Origin: an uncultured Porphyromonadaceae bacterium | GTDB lineage: Bacteria; Bacteroidota; Bacteroidia; Bacteroidales; UBA12481 | DNA: 64,000 nucleotides | Assembly (NCBI GenBank): GCA_964355105.1 | Contig: CAYHCO010000011.1 | Location: 16,636 to 80,635 of the forward strand | Reading direction: 5' to 3' | Shown here: piece after piece, positions 40,792-50,428 of the stretch | Numbering within the stretch: position 1 is the first letter of the stretch | Layout of the letters: every line of letters starts with the position of its first letter | Program-made: the position numbers and the translations under genes | Notes under the pieces: generated by a model | Told to the model about the DNA's origin: nothing | Databases searched by the model: none | The model's input: only the letters and a program-made list of their open reading frames with translations

Positions 40792-43230
40792 TTATTTCAG
40801 CGCCTCAAGCTCCCATTTGTTGTTGTAAAAACCGCAGTACTTAATGGCTTTTACGCCATCACGGGCCATATCGGAAGTGAAAATCATATAATCGGGAAAT
40901 CCGCTGCCACCCGAGAAATACTGGTTGGCATCGGCTGCATGCATACCGGTTAAACCGGTGCCGGTAACCGCCCCAACTGAGGCAGTTTTACTGTCGGGGC
41001 GCGGAAACATGACGTAAGCACCGTAATTGTCGCCATCGATCTGCTCGCTCCCATAGGCGATGCTGCCCCGTTTTACCTGGATCGGACATCCGGATAACAG
41101 AAGCGGCCAGGCAGTGTTGGTGGTGGCATTTCCGTAAATGATCACTCCCCGGTCCGGAAAACCTGAAGGAACAAAATTCTTGTCGGCAACCAGGTCAACG
41201 GCTCCGTTGCCCCGGTAATACCAGGCTTCGGCATCGAATTTTGCCTTGGCGAGCGACCAGTCATTCTCAGCTTTGGTACCGGCGGTACCGTAAACAAAGA
41301 CCATCCTGTGGTTAAAGGGTTCCTTAAATGTTCCGTTGCGCACCGATCCTTTATCGGTTGTTCCGGGGGCTTCACCCAGGATCCACCGGTCTTTCAGCGA
41401 CAGATAAACCAGGGCGCCGGGGGCCGGCTTCTGGACCTTGATTTCCCCGCCATTTAACTGAATGGTAACCTGATCGCTTTTCATATCGGAGAGGTTCAGC
41501 GCCAGAACGGAAATATTTTCGGTCATCCCTGTCAGGATACCTTTCTCCTTGTTACGGTTAATTTTCATCGTGCTGTATTTCAGCGGTTCCTGTTGCTGAA
41601 TGACTGAAGCCCAGTAGCTTGTTGAGGAAATGGCCGGGTTTGCGGTTGTGAATTCTATTTTATTGACCGAGCTGTCGGGCTTGTTTTTATGCCACTTGAA
41701 ATAATCGAACAGCGGAGCCCAGTCAACACTTTCGTTACTCCACCAATGACTGCCTCCCGGATATTCGTAATAGCTGAAATCGGGATGGAATTTTCCCAGT
41801 ATCTCCCTCATCTGACGGGCATAATTCACCGAGACGGTCTCGTCTTTATCTCCGTGAAAGACGTACACTCCGGCAGCTCCGTAATTGTTGGCCAGTTCCG
41901 GGATATTGCTGCCATTGCTGGCGCGCCACAGGTTTTTCTCGTTCACACTTTCGCCCGGCTGGGGTATCTTCCCGTCGGCCGAGCCATAACCTATCAGGGT
42001 GGGATAGCCGGCGCAGGGGGCTATGGCTGCCCATTTGCCTGCATAGGTGGCTCCCAGGTACCACGTTCCGTGGCCACCCATCGAATGGCCGGTCAAGTAT
42101 ATTCTGGCAGGATCGGGATTGAATTGCTTTACCGCAATATCGAGTACCTCCAGGGCATCTATCCTTCCCCAGTCTTCCCAGTTGAAACCGCGTCCGCGGC
42201 GGTTGGTTGGCGCAACCAGCACCCCCCAGTCCTTAGGCGTGTAAGCCCTGGCCTGACCGATGGCCTCCACTCCGGCACCGTGTACCGACAAAAACAGCGC
42301 CGGTGGCGTATTGCTGTTGCCGCTCCTTGGGTTCACCGCGTAATATTGTACGCTGCCGTCGATGTCGCTCACGAACGTGCAGCTGTAGGGTTCGCCTGCC
42401 GCCACCGATTCAACTTTGAGGGTGGATTTTGCCAGGGTCTTGCCCTTAGATTCGAGAGTTAGCATGGCATTCGCCTGGCCTTTCACCGTAACTCCGGATC
42501 CGTTAAAACGGAATGCCACTTTCCTGCTGCTGAAAGGCGGGATGGAGGGCACATCAGTAGTTATTTCCTTACCCGTCACCTCAGATTTGAGCTTTAATCC
42601 GCTCAACAGCTGTGGTGTGGTGTTCAGTATGACGACCCCGCCCAGCAGGGATTCATTGTTGCGGCCGGGAACGATATGTGGCAGGGTGGGATCATCGGTA
42701 CTGATCGATACGGGAGTGGCCGGGAATATGATTCTGGCCTTCACGCCCTGTCGGCCCAGAAATGCCGTGCGGATATAGAATTCGTTCAATCCTTTTTTGA
42801 GCTTTACGGGAACATGCATCCAGCCCAGCTCGTAAGGATCACCTGCATGAGGTTCGCCGTTCAGATAAAACATGGAGTTTGCGGTCACATTGATGATGGC
42901 ACCTTGCTCCTTTGCTGAAAGGTAGGTCAGGTACAGATAGCCGTTTGAGCCATCGCGACCAGTGAACCGGCCTGAGGAATCGGCTTTTATTTCTTTCCAT
43001 TTCACCTCCTGGCCCCGGCTGTCGGTAAACAGGGCGGCTCCGGCCTTTGGAGTCTGATAGCCGGGCGCGAAGAACCGGCAGGCAAACTGGTCGGTAAACG
43101 TGGCCTGACGGCCGTACTGGTGAACATTGCCTATTGCCAGGCCTTGGTTAAGAACAATCTCGGTTTGCGCCCCTGCAGGAAATGCTGACAGCAGCAGGGA
43201 TATCAGAATTAATAGTATTCTAGGTACCAT
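40792..43230 (-). CDS. Secreted multidomain alpha/beta-hydrolase (S9 prolyl-oligopeptidase-like / esterase)
   Basis: 812 aa with a signal peptide. Nucleophile elbow GHSMGGHG, and FHGDKDETV near the acid/His region. Confidence 0.7.
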   Translation of the reverse strand: MVPRILLILISLLLSAFPAGAQTEIVLNQGLAIGNVHQYGRQATFTDQFACRFFAPGYQTPKAGAALFTDSRGQEVKWKEIKADSSGRFTGRDGSNGYLYLTYLSAKEQGAIINVTANSMFYLNGEPHAGDPYELGWMHVPVKLKKGLNEFYIRTAFLGRQGVKARIIFPATPVSISTDDPTLPHIVPGRNNESLLGGVVILNTTPQLLSGLKLKSEVTGKEITTDVPSIPPFSSRKVAFRFNGSGVTVKGQANAMLTLESKGKTLAKSTLKVESVAAGEPYSCTFVSDIDGSVQYYAVNPRSGNSNTPPALFLSVHGAGVEAIGQARAYTPKDWGVLVAPTNRRGRGFNWEDWGRIDALEVLDIAVKQFNPDPARIYLTGHSMGGHGTWYLGATYAGKWAAIAPCAGYPTLIGYGSADGKIPQPGESVNEKNLWRASNGSNIPELANNYGAAGVYVFHGDKDETVSVNYARQMREILGKFHPDFSYYEYPGGSHWWSNESVDWAPLFDYFKWHKNKPDSSVNKIEFTTANPAISSTSYWASVIQQQEPLKYSTMKINRNKEKGILTGMTENISVLALNLSDMKSDQVTIQLNGGEIKVQKPAPGALVYLSLKDRWILGEAPGTTDKGSVRNGTFKEPFNHRMVFVYGTAGTKAENDWSLAKAKFDAEAWYYRGNGAVDLVADKNFVPSGFPDRGVIIYGNATTNTAWPLLLSGCPIQVKRGSIAYGSEQIDGDNYGAYVMFPRPDSKTASVGAVTGTGLTGMHAADANQYFSGGSGFPDYMIFTSDMARDGVKAIKYCGFYNNKWELEALK

Positions 43231-43266
43231 ACTTTAGTGAAATTTGTTTGGAGCACTAAAGTTAGG

Positions 43267-43737
43267 TCAATTCTGCGGTTTACTGTAGGTTTTATCTCCC
43301 AGGAAAAGGGTTTTCCCGTCGTCCGAAAAATGATATTCCTTTTGCTCATAAATTTCACCATCCATAGCCAAAAATCCCTTTTCGGCAGGGCGGTATGTGA
43401 AAATTTTACCCAGATCCGTATAATAGTAATAATCAAAATGCCAATCATTAAAGGCTTTTCCATCACGATACATTCTGTCTCTTTTAATTCCCTGCGCATC
43501 AAAATAAATGTTGACCTTATTAATCGTTCCCTTATACTCCCAAGTTGAATTATCGATCCATTCCCCGATAATGGCCGGATCATGGTCTTTCGCCTCGGTG
43601 TAGTTTTTAACGATTTGCGCCTCTTTAGTGGTCAATTTATTCCCCGAACAAGAAAGCAGCTGATTCAGGGAGAATACTACCAATCCCACAAAAAAAAGCA
43701 TTCTGATACAACTTTTATTCTTTGCTTTCATCTCCAT
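43267..43737 (-). CDS. Hypothetical lipoprotein
   Basis: The MEMKAKNK... start avoids overlap with the upstream gene. Lipobox-like LLSCSGN. No recognised domain. Confidence 0.5.
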   Translation of the reverse strand: MEMKAKNKSCIRMLFFVGLVVFSLNQLLSCSGNKLTTKEAQIVKNYTEAKDHDPAIIGEWIDNSTWEYKGTINKVNIYFDAQGIKRDRMYRDGKAFNDWHFDYYYYTDLGKIFTYRPAEKGFLAMDGEIYEQKEYHFSDDGKTLFLGDKTYSKPQN

Positions 43738-43744
43738 GTTTGAT

Positions 43745-44989
43745 TTAACGGAATCCAAAGACCACCGGAACAATAAATATCGCAATTAGGGTCCAGGCGG
43801 CATAAACAGTCAGGTAATTTGCCACCGATTTCTCAATGATTTCCGGGGAGGCGCCTTTAAACCGGGCCCGGTAAAGTTTTACGGCTATCAGGATCAGATT
43901 GATGAACACCAGGATATTGGTGATTAATACGACAGTCCGGTTGGGGGTTAATCCGTCGAGGACTCTCGAAACAATGGCAGCCAGGGCAATGGCATTGATA
44001 ATGATGGCTATGGCCGAGAGCATCAACAGGATCATCAGGCTGCTCTTTCCCGATGTTTCCCGGTTGATTTCGGATATCGAAAACAGGATCAGGGTCAGTA
44101 CACCCAGGAGCATCACGTTAAAAACAATCAGCATTTCACGGTTTTCCAGGTTGTTGTTTTTTGAAAAGAGCACTGAAAAGAGGTAAACAGTGAGGGTGAC
44201 CAGAACCACCGGGGTGAACACCCGTGCGATGACCGGGGCAATTTTACTGGTGATGCCGGGATAATTCCGGATCAGGTACCAGGCAATGACCGGAGCTGCA
44301 ACGCCACCGGGAACGGCTATGAAATCGGCATAGGTCTGGGAAATATCCATTCCGATCACACTGAACAGGCCCATCGTCACAACCGTCAGAACGCCGCCTG
44401 CGAGGAGGATCAACCCGGTCATGATAATCAGTTCACCGCTGAAGCGGATAAAATCCATCCTGCCGGTCAGCGTGCGGTGGTCGAATTTCACGTAGGTTAA
44501 ACCGAGGAAGCACCACAGCATCAGCGGAACATGCAGGGCGGCCAGAATTACGGAATCGCCGGTGCCTGTCGGCAAAAGGTTAATATATAGTCCGGTAGCA
44601 ACGATAATGACACCGTAAAGTGCCCATTTTTTAATCTCCGTTACCCTGTTGATACGTAAAGAATAAACAATGAGGCCGGTAAAAGCGATCAATGCAATTT
44701 CACGCAGATAAAAGAATTCCCGGTTAATGCCCGAAAACAGGGCGGGGAGTAATACCGGAATTGCAGTCAGGAAGGCTATGGCCAGGACCTCGATTAGGTT
44801 GCCGAGCACGAATGCGTTTTTGCTCGCTGCTTTTTCACGGGTCAGCCGGATGTTCCAAAATCTGACGAGGGGAGAATCGTGCGTACCTGAAATTTCTGAA
44901 AAATGCTTTTCGAAATTCACCGGATCCTGACGGTAGAGTGCCTCCATTTGTTCGGGATCATTTATGCTGTCGATAATTCGCTGGTTCAT
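43745..44989 (-). CDS. Polytopic membrane protein (DUF4153-like), last large gene of the wHTH operon
   Basis: 414 aa with ~10 hydrophobic spans after a soluble N-terminus (MNQRIIDSINDPEQMEALYRQDPVNFEKHF). Confidence 0.6.
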   Translation of the reverse strand: MNQRIIDSINDPEQMEALYRQDPVNFEKHFSEISGTHDSPLVRFWNIRLTREKAASKNAFVLGNLIEVLAIAFLTAIPVLLPALFSGINREFFYLREIALIAFTGLIVYSLRINRVTEIKKWALYGVIIVATGLYINLLPTGTGDSVILAALHVPLMLWCFLGLTYVKFDHRTLTGRMDFIRFSGELIIMTGLILLAGGVLTVVTMGLFSVIGMDISQTYADFIAVPGGVAAPVIAWYLIRNYPGITSKIAPVIARVFTPVVLVTLTVYLFSVLFSKNNNLENREMLIVFNVMLLGVLTLILFSISEINRETSGKSSLMILLMLSAIAIIINAIALAAIVSRVLDGLTPNRTVVLITNILVFINLILIAVKLYRARFKGASPEIIEKSVANYLTVYAAWTLIAIFIVPVVFGFR

Positions 44990-45002
44990 AAAGAGGGTAT
45001 TG

Positions 45003-45049
45003 GGTTTGAGGTTTGGGGTATGAGGTACGGGGTATGGGTATGGGTATTA
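45003..45049. repeat. Tandem heptad repeat GGTWTGR, ~6.5 copies, in an intra-operon spacer
   Basis: ggtttga ggtttgg ggtatga ggtacgg ggtatgg gtatgg gtatta. The last unit contains the stop of 45047..45346. Confidence 0.7.
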
Positions 45050-45346
45050 TTTCTGCGTTTCGATCAACTTTTCGAGTGCCTTAAGATGATCGGCAAAAGC
45101 TTTTTTGCCCTCTGGGGTTAATGAATATTTTGTGTTGGGTTTTTTCCCGATAAATGATTTTTCCACGGAAACGAATTCCTCTTTTTCCAAGGCTTTCAGG
45201 TGGCTTGCCAGGTTGCCGTCCGTAACATCGAGATATTCCTTGAGTGAATTAAAGTCGATCCGGTCGTTCACCGCAAGGATTGAAACCAGGACCAGCCGTA
45301 TGCGACTGTCGAATGCCTTATGGAAACCGCTGACTGATATTTTCAC
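45047..45346 (-). CDS. Small winged-helix transcriptional regulator (MarR/PadR-like)
   Basis: 99 aa. RIRLVLVSILAVNDRIDFNSLKEYLDVTDGNLASHLKALEKEEFVSVEK...TKYSLTPEGKKAF is a wHTH with a C-terminal helix. Confidence 0.75.
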   Translation of the reverse strand: MKISVSGFHKAFDSRIRLVLVSILAVNDRIDFNSLKEYLDVTDGNLASHLKALEKEEFVSVEKSFIGKKPNTKYSLTPEGKKAFADHLKALEKLIETQK

Positions 45347-45348
45347 GG

Positions 45349-45960
45349 CTAGTGCTTATAATACATGTAGATACCGTAAACGATGTGAGCCAATCCAAAG
45401 CCGATAGCCCAGATCAGCAGGCCGTATTCAAGCATGTGTATGCCGATAATCCCAAGTATCATCTGGACAATTCCCAGAATTCTCACTTCATTGAAGGTAA
45501 AATTGCCGGCCGTGTAAAGTGCCAGTCCATAAAAAATCAGTGTTAAGGGAGCTACGAGTCCCACCAGGCCGTAAGCGATTAATACCAGAATCACGATTCC
45601 GCCGGTTAACAGGGGTGCTGCCATATTCGCCAGAATCCGCCTCGACAGGGCATTCCACGCTGTTTCTTTCCGTTTCCGTGCTTTCAGGAAGGAATCGAGC
45701 ATTGCGGTCCCGATGGCCAGGATCAATACCAGTCCCGACAGCAGCAGAACGTTCCGGAAGCCTTCCGAAGGATCGGGGCTCTGGTAGAACAGTTTATCCG
45801 GGTTGAACCCGAATACTTTCCAGGCAACCAGCGCACCTCCCAGCGCATAAATGCCGGCGAGGATTCCTGCCCAGCCGGAGAGCGACATAAATTTGGATGA
45901 CCGTTCCATCATGGAGCGGATCTCAGCCAGGTCCCGGGTATAGTCTTTCTCATCTTTCAT
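45349..45960 (-). CDS. Hypothetical membrane protein (first gene of the wHTH operon)
   Basis: 203 aa with 5-6 hydrophobic spans. Its stop lies 2 nt before the wHTH gene start. Confidence 0.55.
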   Translation of the reverse strand: MKDEKDYTRDLAEIRSMMERSSKFMSLSGWAGILAGIYALGGALVAWKVFGFNPDKLFYQSPDPSEGFRNVLLLSGLVLILAIGTAMLDSFLKARKRKETAWNALSRRILANMAAPLLTGGIVILVLIAYGLVGLVAPLTLIFYGLALYTAGNFTFNEVRILGIVQMILGIIGIHMLEYGLLIWAIGFGLAHIVYGIYMYYKH

Positions 45961-45968
45961 ATTAAAAG

Positions 45969-45987
45969 TACTTTGAAATGCAAAGTA
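45969..45987. promoter_or_regulatory. Perfect palindrome TACTTTG-N5-CAAAGTA, candidate operator of the wHTH operon
   Basis: Located 9 nt upstream of the start codon at 45960. A further CAAAGTA half-site lies at 46033-46039. Confidence 0.45.
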
Positions 45988-46141
45988 AATAAGTCTTCAA
46001 ATCAAATGCAAGAGATTTCAGGATTTTATTTTCAAAGTAAGGGAATGGAATTCATGGCAATGCCCCTGATGATGCTGTACAGCCATTTTCAGGGGCCTAA
46101 AAAATTACCTTCACGTGGATAATTATTTAAACTAAGCCGAT

Positions 46142-46715
46142 ATGAAAGCTGTCACTCGTTTCCTGGGATTTTTCGGTGTGTTGTTTCTGGTGGCAACCAG
46201 TTTGCCCGCCCAGGTACCTTACGCACCGAAAGTATTGACCGATAAAGAGTACCGGAATGCCGAAAAGTATATGGACCGCAAATGGAGCTCTATGGTATAT
46301 ACGAATATCTGGTAGATACCTATTCAACTCCGGTAACCCCTCCGGCAACCGTGCTCCGGGATATGAAAGGGAAGAAGATCCTGGATCTCGAAAAAGCGGA
46401 TATTTCTGCCCTGGTAGCTGCCGGATGGAAGGCTCCGATACCGGTTAAAATGAAGGCACGCGACGGGGTAACCGATATCTACGGAATCATGTATACCCCT
46501 TCCAATCTGGATCCGAATAAATAATATCCGATCATCAATTCCATCTATCCCGGTCCGCAATCCGGCAGTGTAGGTTCACGACGTTTCTCCGCCATTCACG
46601 GCGATATGCAGGCTACGGCTCGGCATCTTCCTACATGCAGCGCACGCGTTGGGATTATTTCGTGAAAAACCTGCTGGGGGCCGATACTCCTAAGGAGTTT
46701 GAGTTCGGGAAGTAG
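46142..46715 (+). pseudogene. Decayed S9B dipeptidyl-peptidase IV-family gene (nonsense mutation plus large internal deletions)
   Basis: Signal peptide MKAVTRFLGFFGVLFLVATSLPAQ, then a stop after ~57 codons. A mid-gene piece ...GWKAPIPVKMKARDGVTDIYGIMYTPSNLDPNK-TAA-YPIINSIYPGPQSG carries an in-frame stop. A C-terminal piece YMQRTRWDYFVKNLLGADTPKEFEFGK follows in another frame. Total is ~0.57 kb, where I would expect roughly 2 kb or more for an intact gene of this family. Confidence 0.65.
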
Positions 46716-46719
46716 ATTT

Positions 46720-47814
46720 TCACAATAACATCATCAGGACCATGGCGATCACGAAGCCGGACACCTGAAGCTTGACGCTTATGGTGTCGATGGTTCCCAT
46801 GCGTGCGACACTTTCGGGTGAATCCATGTTAATCTTCAGGTTAACCCACATAACGTGAATCAGCGTGAGCACTATAAATACGTAGGAAAGAACATAAATT
46901 TTGTCCAGCAGGAGCAGCGTGGAGTTTTCGGGGAGGGCCATCATAGCTCCGTCGCGTAGGAAAATCATTGATAAAAGGGCAGCCGACGGGAGGGCGGTTC
47001 TGGCTTCAATGCGGGTAGGACTCAGCAACAAAGCAATCCAGCTGGTCATCATAACGATGATCAATGGAAACAGTATTTTCCACAGGAAGAAACTAAAAGG
47101 CCTGTTGAGATCAAAAGAGAATTTCACCGTGGAATAATCGGAAGCTAATTTGTTTCCCAGTTCTCCAAAATCGGAACCGTAGTGATGAACATAGGCTTCT
47201 GCCTGCAATCCATTGACCTTCCATCCCGGAAGGTTTACCTCCTGACCGAAACCGGAAGCGACAGTATCCGGAATATAAACTATACCTGCTGATTCATCCG
47301 TATTTTCGGCTATGATTGTTAAAGCTTGTCTGTCGATAGGATACCTTGAGAGGTCGAAATTCTGATAAAAGCGGCTATTGATCCGGAGCGACTGGCAAAG
47401 GCTCCCGTCGGCCAGGGTATCTGGTTTTTCGGTTAGCAATTGTGTGGTAAGCCCCCAATTCTCCACTGAGTTGGTAAACTCAAGAGTTGATACCGGATCA
47501 CAGTCGCCTTTCCACCTAAGCCAGGCATAAAAGCTGATAAAGTAAGTATTGGCCTTGAGATCCAGATCATAAATATTAATGGCATAGATACCCAGTGTTA
47601 CGGGTACAACCCCAGCTGGAATTGAAATCAGGGGGGTCAGCTCGCCGGAACTGGATTTGGCAATGTAATGTTTATTACGATGAAGATCCGGGTCAATTTT
47701 ATTTATACCAAAAACGCTGACGGTTGCCGCAATCAGGAGTGTGATTAAAGCGGATTTTAGAGTGGAGGATTTCATTGCTTTATGCGAATTACTGTTTAAC
47801 AAAGAAGTGGCCAC
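46720..47814 (-). CDS. Prokaryotic pentameric ligand-gated ion channel (pLGIC, GLIC/ELIC-type) homolog
   Basis: Signal peptide. Beta-rich ectodomain with FYAWLRWKGD and RYPIDRQALTIIAEN (equivalent of the YPFD-x-Q motif). Then 4 TM helices: FFLWKILFPLIIVMMTSWIALLL, RTALPSAALLSMIFL, LLLLDKIYVLSYVFIVLTLI, VSGFVIAMVLMMLL, with a short M3-M4 loop. Confidence 0.7.
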   Translation of the reverse strand: MATSLLNSNSHKAMKSSTLKSALITLLIAATVSVFGINKIDPDLHRNKHYIAKSSSGELTPLISIPAGVVPVTLGIYAINIYDLDLKANTYFISFYAWLRWKGDCDPVSTLEFTNSVENWGLTTQLLTEKPDTLADGSLCQSLRINSRFYQNFDLSRYPIDRQALTIIAENTDESAGIVYIPDTVASGFGQEVNLPGWKVNGLQAEAYVHHYGSDFGELGNKLASDYSTVKFSFDLNRPFSFFLWKILFPLIIVMMTSWIALLLSPTRIEARTALPSAALLSMIFLRDGAMMALPENSTLLLLDKIYVLSYVFIVLTLIHVMWVNLKINMDSPESVARMGTIDTISVKLQVSGFVIAMVLMMLL

Positions 47815-47868
47815 CAGCGCAATCCTGATATGCCTTCCGGGCTTGAGTGAAGGATCGATTCATATGAA

Positions 47869-48099
47869 TCAATGCTTTAACGGTCGTTTTTTGATCATGC
47901 CACCTTTCAGGTCTTTAACCGGGCTCATAACAACGAATGCAGAAGGTTCGATCTTTTCAATTTCGATATTGAGTTTATTCACTTCAAGCCGTGTAATTAC
48001 CGTATAAATAATATCAACATCACTGGCTTCGCCGCGCTTGCCATATCCGCGTTTACCGCTGTACACAGTGACACCCCTGCCCATGACCGTGATAATCAT
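47869..48099 (-). CDS. DUF2179 domain ORF, probably the stranded C-terminus of a YitT-family membrane protein
   Basis: RGVTVYSGKRGYGKRGEASDVDIIYTVITRLEVNKLNIEIEKIEPSAFVVMSPVKDLKGG matches the DUF2179 domain. No membrane domain lies upstream, and the adjacent frame (48053..48235) looks frameshifted. Confidence 0.5.
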   Translation of the reverse strand: MIITVMGRGVTVYSGKRGYGKRGEASDVDIIYTVITRLEVNKLNIEIEKIEPSAFVVMSPVKDLKGGMIKKRPLKH

Positions 48100-48278
48100 C
48101 TGCCTTTAAATATCCCTTAACATCTGTCACATATCTTAGGTGTGCTTTTGCCTTTTGGTATCTGGAAAGGATCGGGGGATAACCCGATTTTTTTTTCGGC
48201 ATTTCATTACCGTCTGAATCTTTGATGGCATCCACAAAGTGTTCATTTATTGGGTTTAATTTACCATAATTTTCTCTT

Positions 48279-50420
48279 CTATTGCCGGCCTATGATGGAA
48301 AGCATGGTACTTTTTTCGCTTTCAAGCCGGAGCCAGATGATCAGGTCATCGGAATCGGGATTGGAAACAATTCCCTGCCTGAAGTTTTTTCCCTCAGATA
48401 TTTTTTGTCCGTTTACCCTGATCTCAGCCTGCTTTTTTCCCCAGTTTCTGACAATAATTGCCGGATTCAACAGAGGCGATTCCTTACGGGCCTGAATGGT
48501 AAAATCGAGCGAAGATTTTCCGGTGGCAGTCTTCTTCTCGATAAGATAAGCCCTTTCCGATTGATCGTAATCACCACCCTGATAGGCATTTGAATTAATT
48601 GTCAGCTTTGGAGCCTGCAGCCAGGATTTTGCCATGGGCACTAAATCCCTGGCCCCTTTGTCGGTCATCCCCTGCAGCATGATCCGGGTGCGGGTGGTTT
48701 TTGTGTGGATATAATCGTTCCATTGGACAAAGGTGGTCAGGTTAAAATGACTCGGATGATCGGGTTTAACCACCCAGCGCCCGTCGCCGGGGATCTGAAC
48801 CACCGGCCAGTGATTCCACCAGCCATAGGCTGATGGAGCAGGATCTTCGCGGTAACCCTGCGCCATATTGGCTCCATAAGTCCGGAAATAGGGTGATGGC
48901 CATTTTCCCTCCACCGTTTCAACAGGATCCGGAGAAATAATGAAGAACGGTTTGTAAGCCGATTTTAGATTCACCAACGACATATTGGCTCCTGCGGGAT
49001 CAGGCATCTCCACCTTCAGATTTTCATCCCAGGTGTAATCCGCTGTCTCGCCCTTCATATTTACGAGGGTGACACTCTTTTTGTTGATCACATCCTCCGG
49101 ATATTTCCCAGGGGGCAGAAGGACAATCTGTTCCTCCCAATCGTGCTTTCGTTCAGGCATCGTGTAATGGAGCACCATTTTACGCACCCCAACCTGATCA
49201 GGATAAATAATAAAAAACTCGTCGCACCATTCGCCCCTCGGATTCTCCTTGTGTCCGGCGATTACATCAAAGGCATCACTGAGTGCGTATCGCCAGTGAA
49301 CCACCACCCGGGCTTCGGTATTTTCAATAATCCTGACATGCGAAAACTTGCACATCCGGTCCATGAGCGGTTCCGCACAACTCGAAACATCACTTCCCCA
49401 GGTTTCCAGCCATTCGTTTGTATACCAGGTTCTGTTTTCACTCACCCAGCAGGGAACGAAGCTGGTTCCCCTCCAGAACACCAGCTGCACGGGCGATTCG
49501 TCAAATCGCACAAAAACATCGGGGACCTCACTGACCCTCCAGAGATCATCCCACTCCTTATAGTAATCGAGCTTTGCATAATAGGCGCCAAAGCTGCCCG
49601 AACCTGCTTTCCCGATTGGAAAATCCTTCCGGTCGCTGAGGGCCGGGTCCGGGAGATTTGCCGCGGATAAAAATTCTTTTTTGAATTCCACAGCACTTTT
49701 GGCTCTCTCGAAAACCTTCACCTCATCTAAAATTCCATCCAGAAAGAAATAACTGTTTTCGGTGGTCAGCTGTCTCTCAACCCAGGTCCTGGATTGGGCA
49801 TTCCGTCCGATGGTCAGCGATCCGTATAAAGTGGGGATGAAATTTCCCTTTACTTTCCCGGATACAGCCACTTCCCCGTTTATATAAATGGTGATTTTAT
49901 CCCCGGGAACAAATACGGCAGCAACATGAGCCCATTTCCCGAGCGGGAGGGATGTTTCCGTTTCGATTTCCTGCCATGAATTACCTGCGGCGATTTTCAT
50001 GCCGAGATGACCTTCATTGTTAATGCCAAAAAAGAAACCGGTCAGTTCATCCTGCGAACAGTCAACTATGGGCGACCACGCCCACGGATAGGCAGCCAGT
50101 GCGATCCAGGCCTCAACTGTCATAGCTCCGGTGGCTTTTTTAGCATTGTTAAGTTTACGTTCGATATAAGTGGTAAAACCATCAAACTTGAGAGCCTTGT
50201 CGTGCACTCCGGCAACCGTTTCAAAATTGCCGGAATAGGAATCCGGTCCCTTTTCCACAGGCTTGTCGAACGACCATTCATAAATCAGATCCGGATCTGA
50301 TTTTTGAGCCGTTTGCGGCGATACCGATTGGAAAGGAAAAAGAAAAAGGTAAAGGGAGCTGAGTGCCACCGGCCAAATCGAAATATTTTTCATAATAGGT
50401 CGGCAGTCTGAACCTGCCAT
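48279..50420 (-). CDS. Secreted LamG/concanavalin-A-like lectin domain protein with a large uncharacterized C-terminal domain
   Basis: LamG-like block MTVEAWIALAAYPWAWSPIVD...FFGINNEGHLGMKIA...GKWAHVAAVF...ITIYINGE. The probable start is MKNISIWPVALSS (9 codons in). Confidence 0.6.
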   Translation of the reverse strand: MAGSDCRPIMKNISIWPVALSSLYLFLFPFQSVSPQTAQKSDPDLIYEWSFDKPVEKGPDSYSGNFETVAGVHDKALKFDGFTTYIERKLNNAKKATGAMTVEAWIALAAYPWAWSPIVDCSQDELTGFFFGINNEGHLGMKIAAGNSWQEIETETSLPLGKWAHVAAVFVPGDKITIYINGEVAVSGKVKGNFIPTLYGSLTIGRNAQSRTWVERQLTTENSYFFLDGILDEVKVFERAKSAVEFKKEFLSAANLPDPALSDRKDFPIGKAGSGSFGAYYAKLDYYKEWDDLWRVSEVPDVFVRFDESPVQLVFWRGTSFVPCWVSENRTWYTNEWLETWGSDVSSCAEPLMDRMCKFSHVRIIENTEARVVVHWRYALSDAFDVIAGHKENPRGEWCDEFFIIYPDQVGVRKMVLHYTMPERKHDWEEQIVLLPPGKYPEDVINKKSVTLVNMKGETADYTWDENLKVEMPDPAGANMSLVNLKSAYKPFFIISPDPVETVEGKWPSPYFRTYGANMAQGYREDPAPSAYGWWNHWPVVQIPGDGRWVVKPDHPSHFNLTTFVQWNDYIHTKTTRTRIMLQGMTDKGARDLVPMAKSWLQAPKLTINSNAYQGGDYDQSERAYLIEKKTATGKSSLDFTIQARKESPLLNPAIIVRNWGKKQAEIRVNGQKISEGKNFRQGIVSNPDSDDLIIWLRLESEKSTMLSIIGRQ

Positions 50421-50428
50421 GTATTTTA

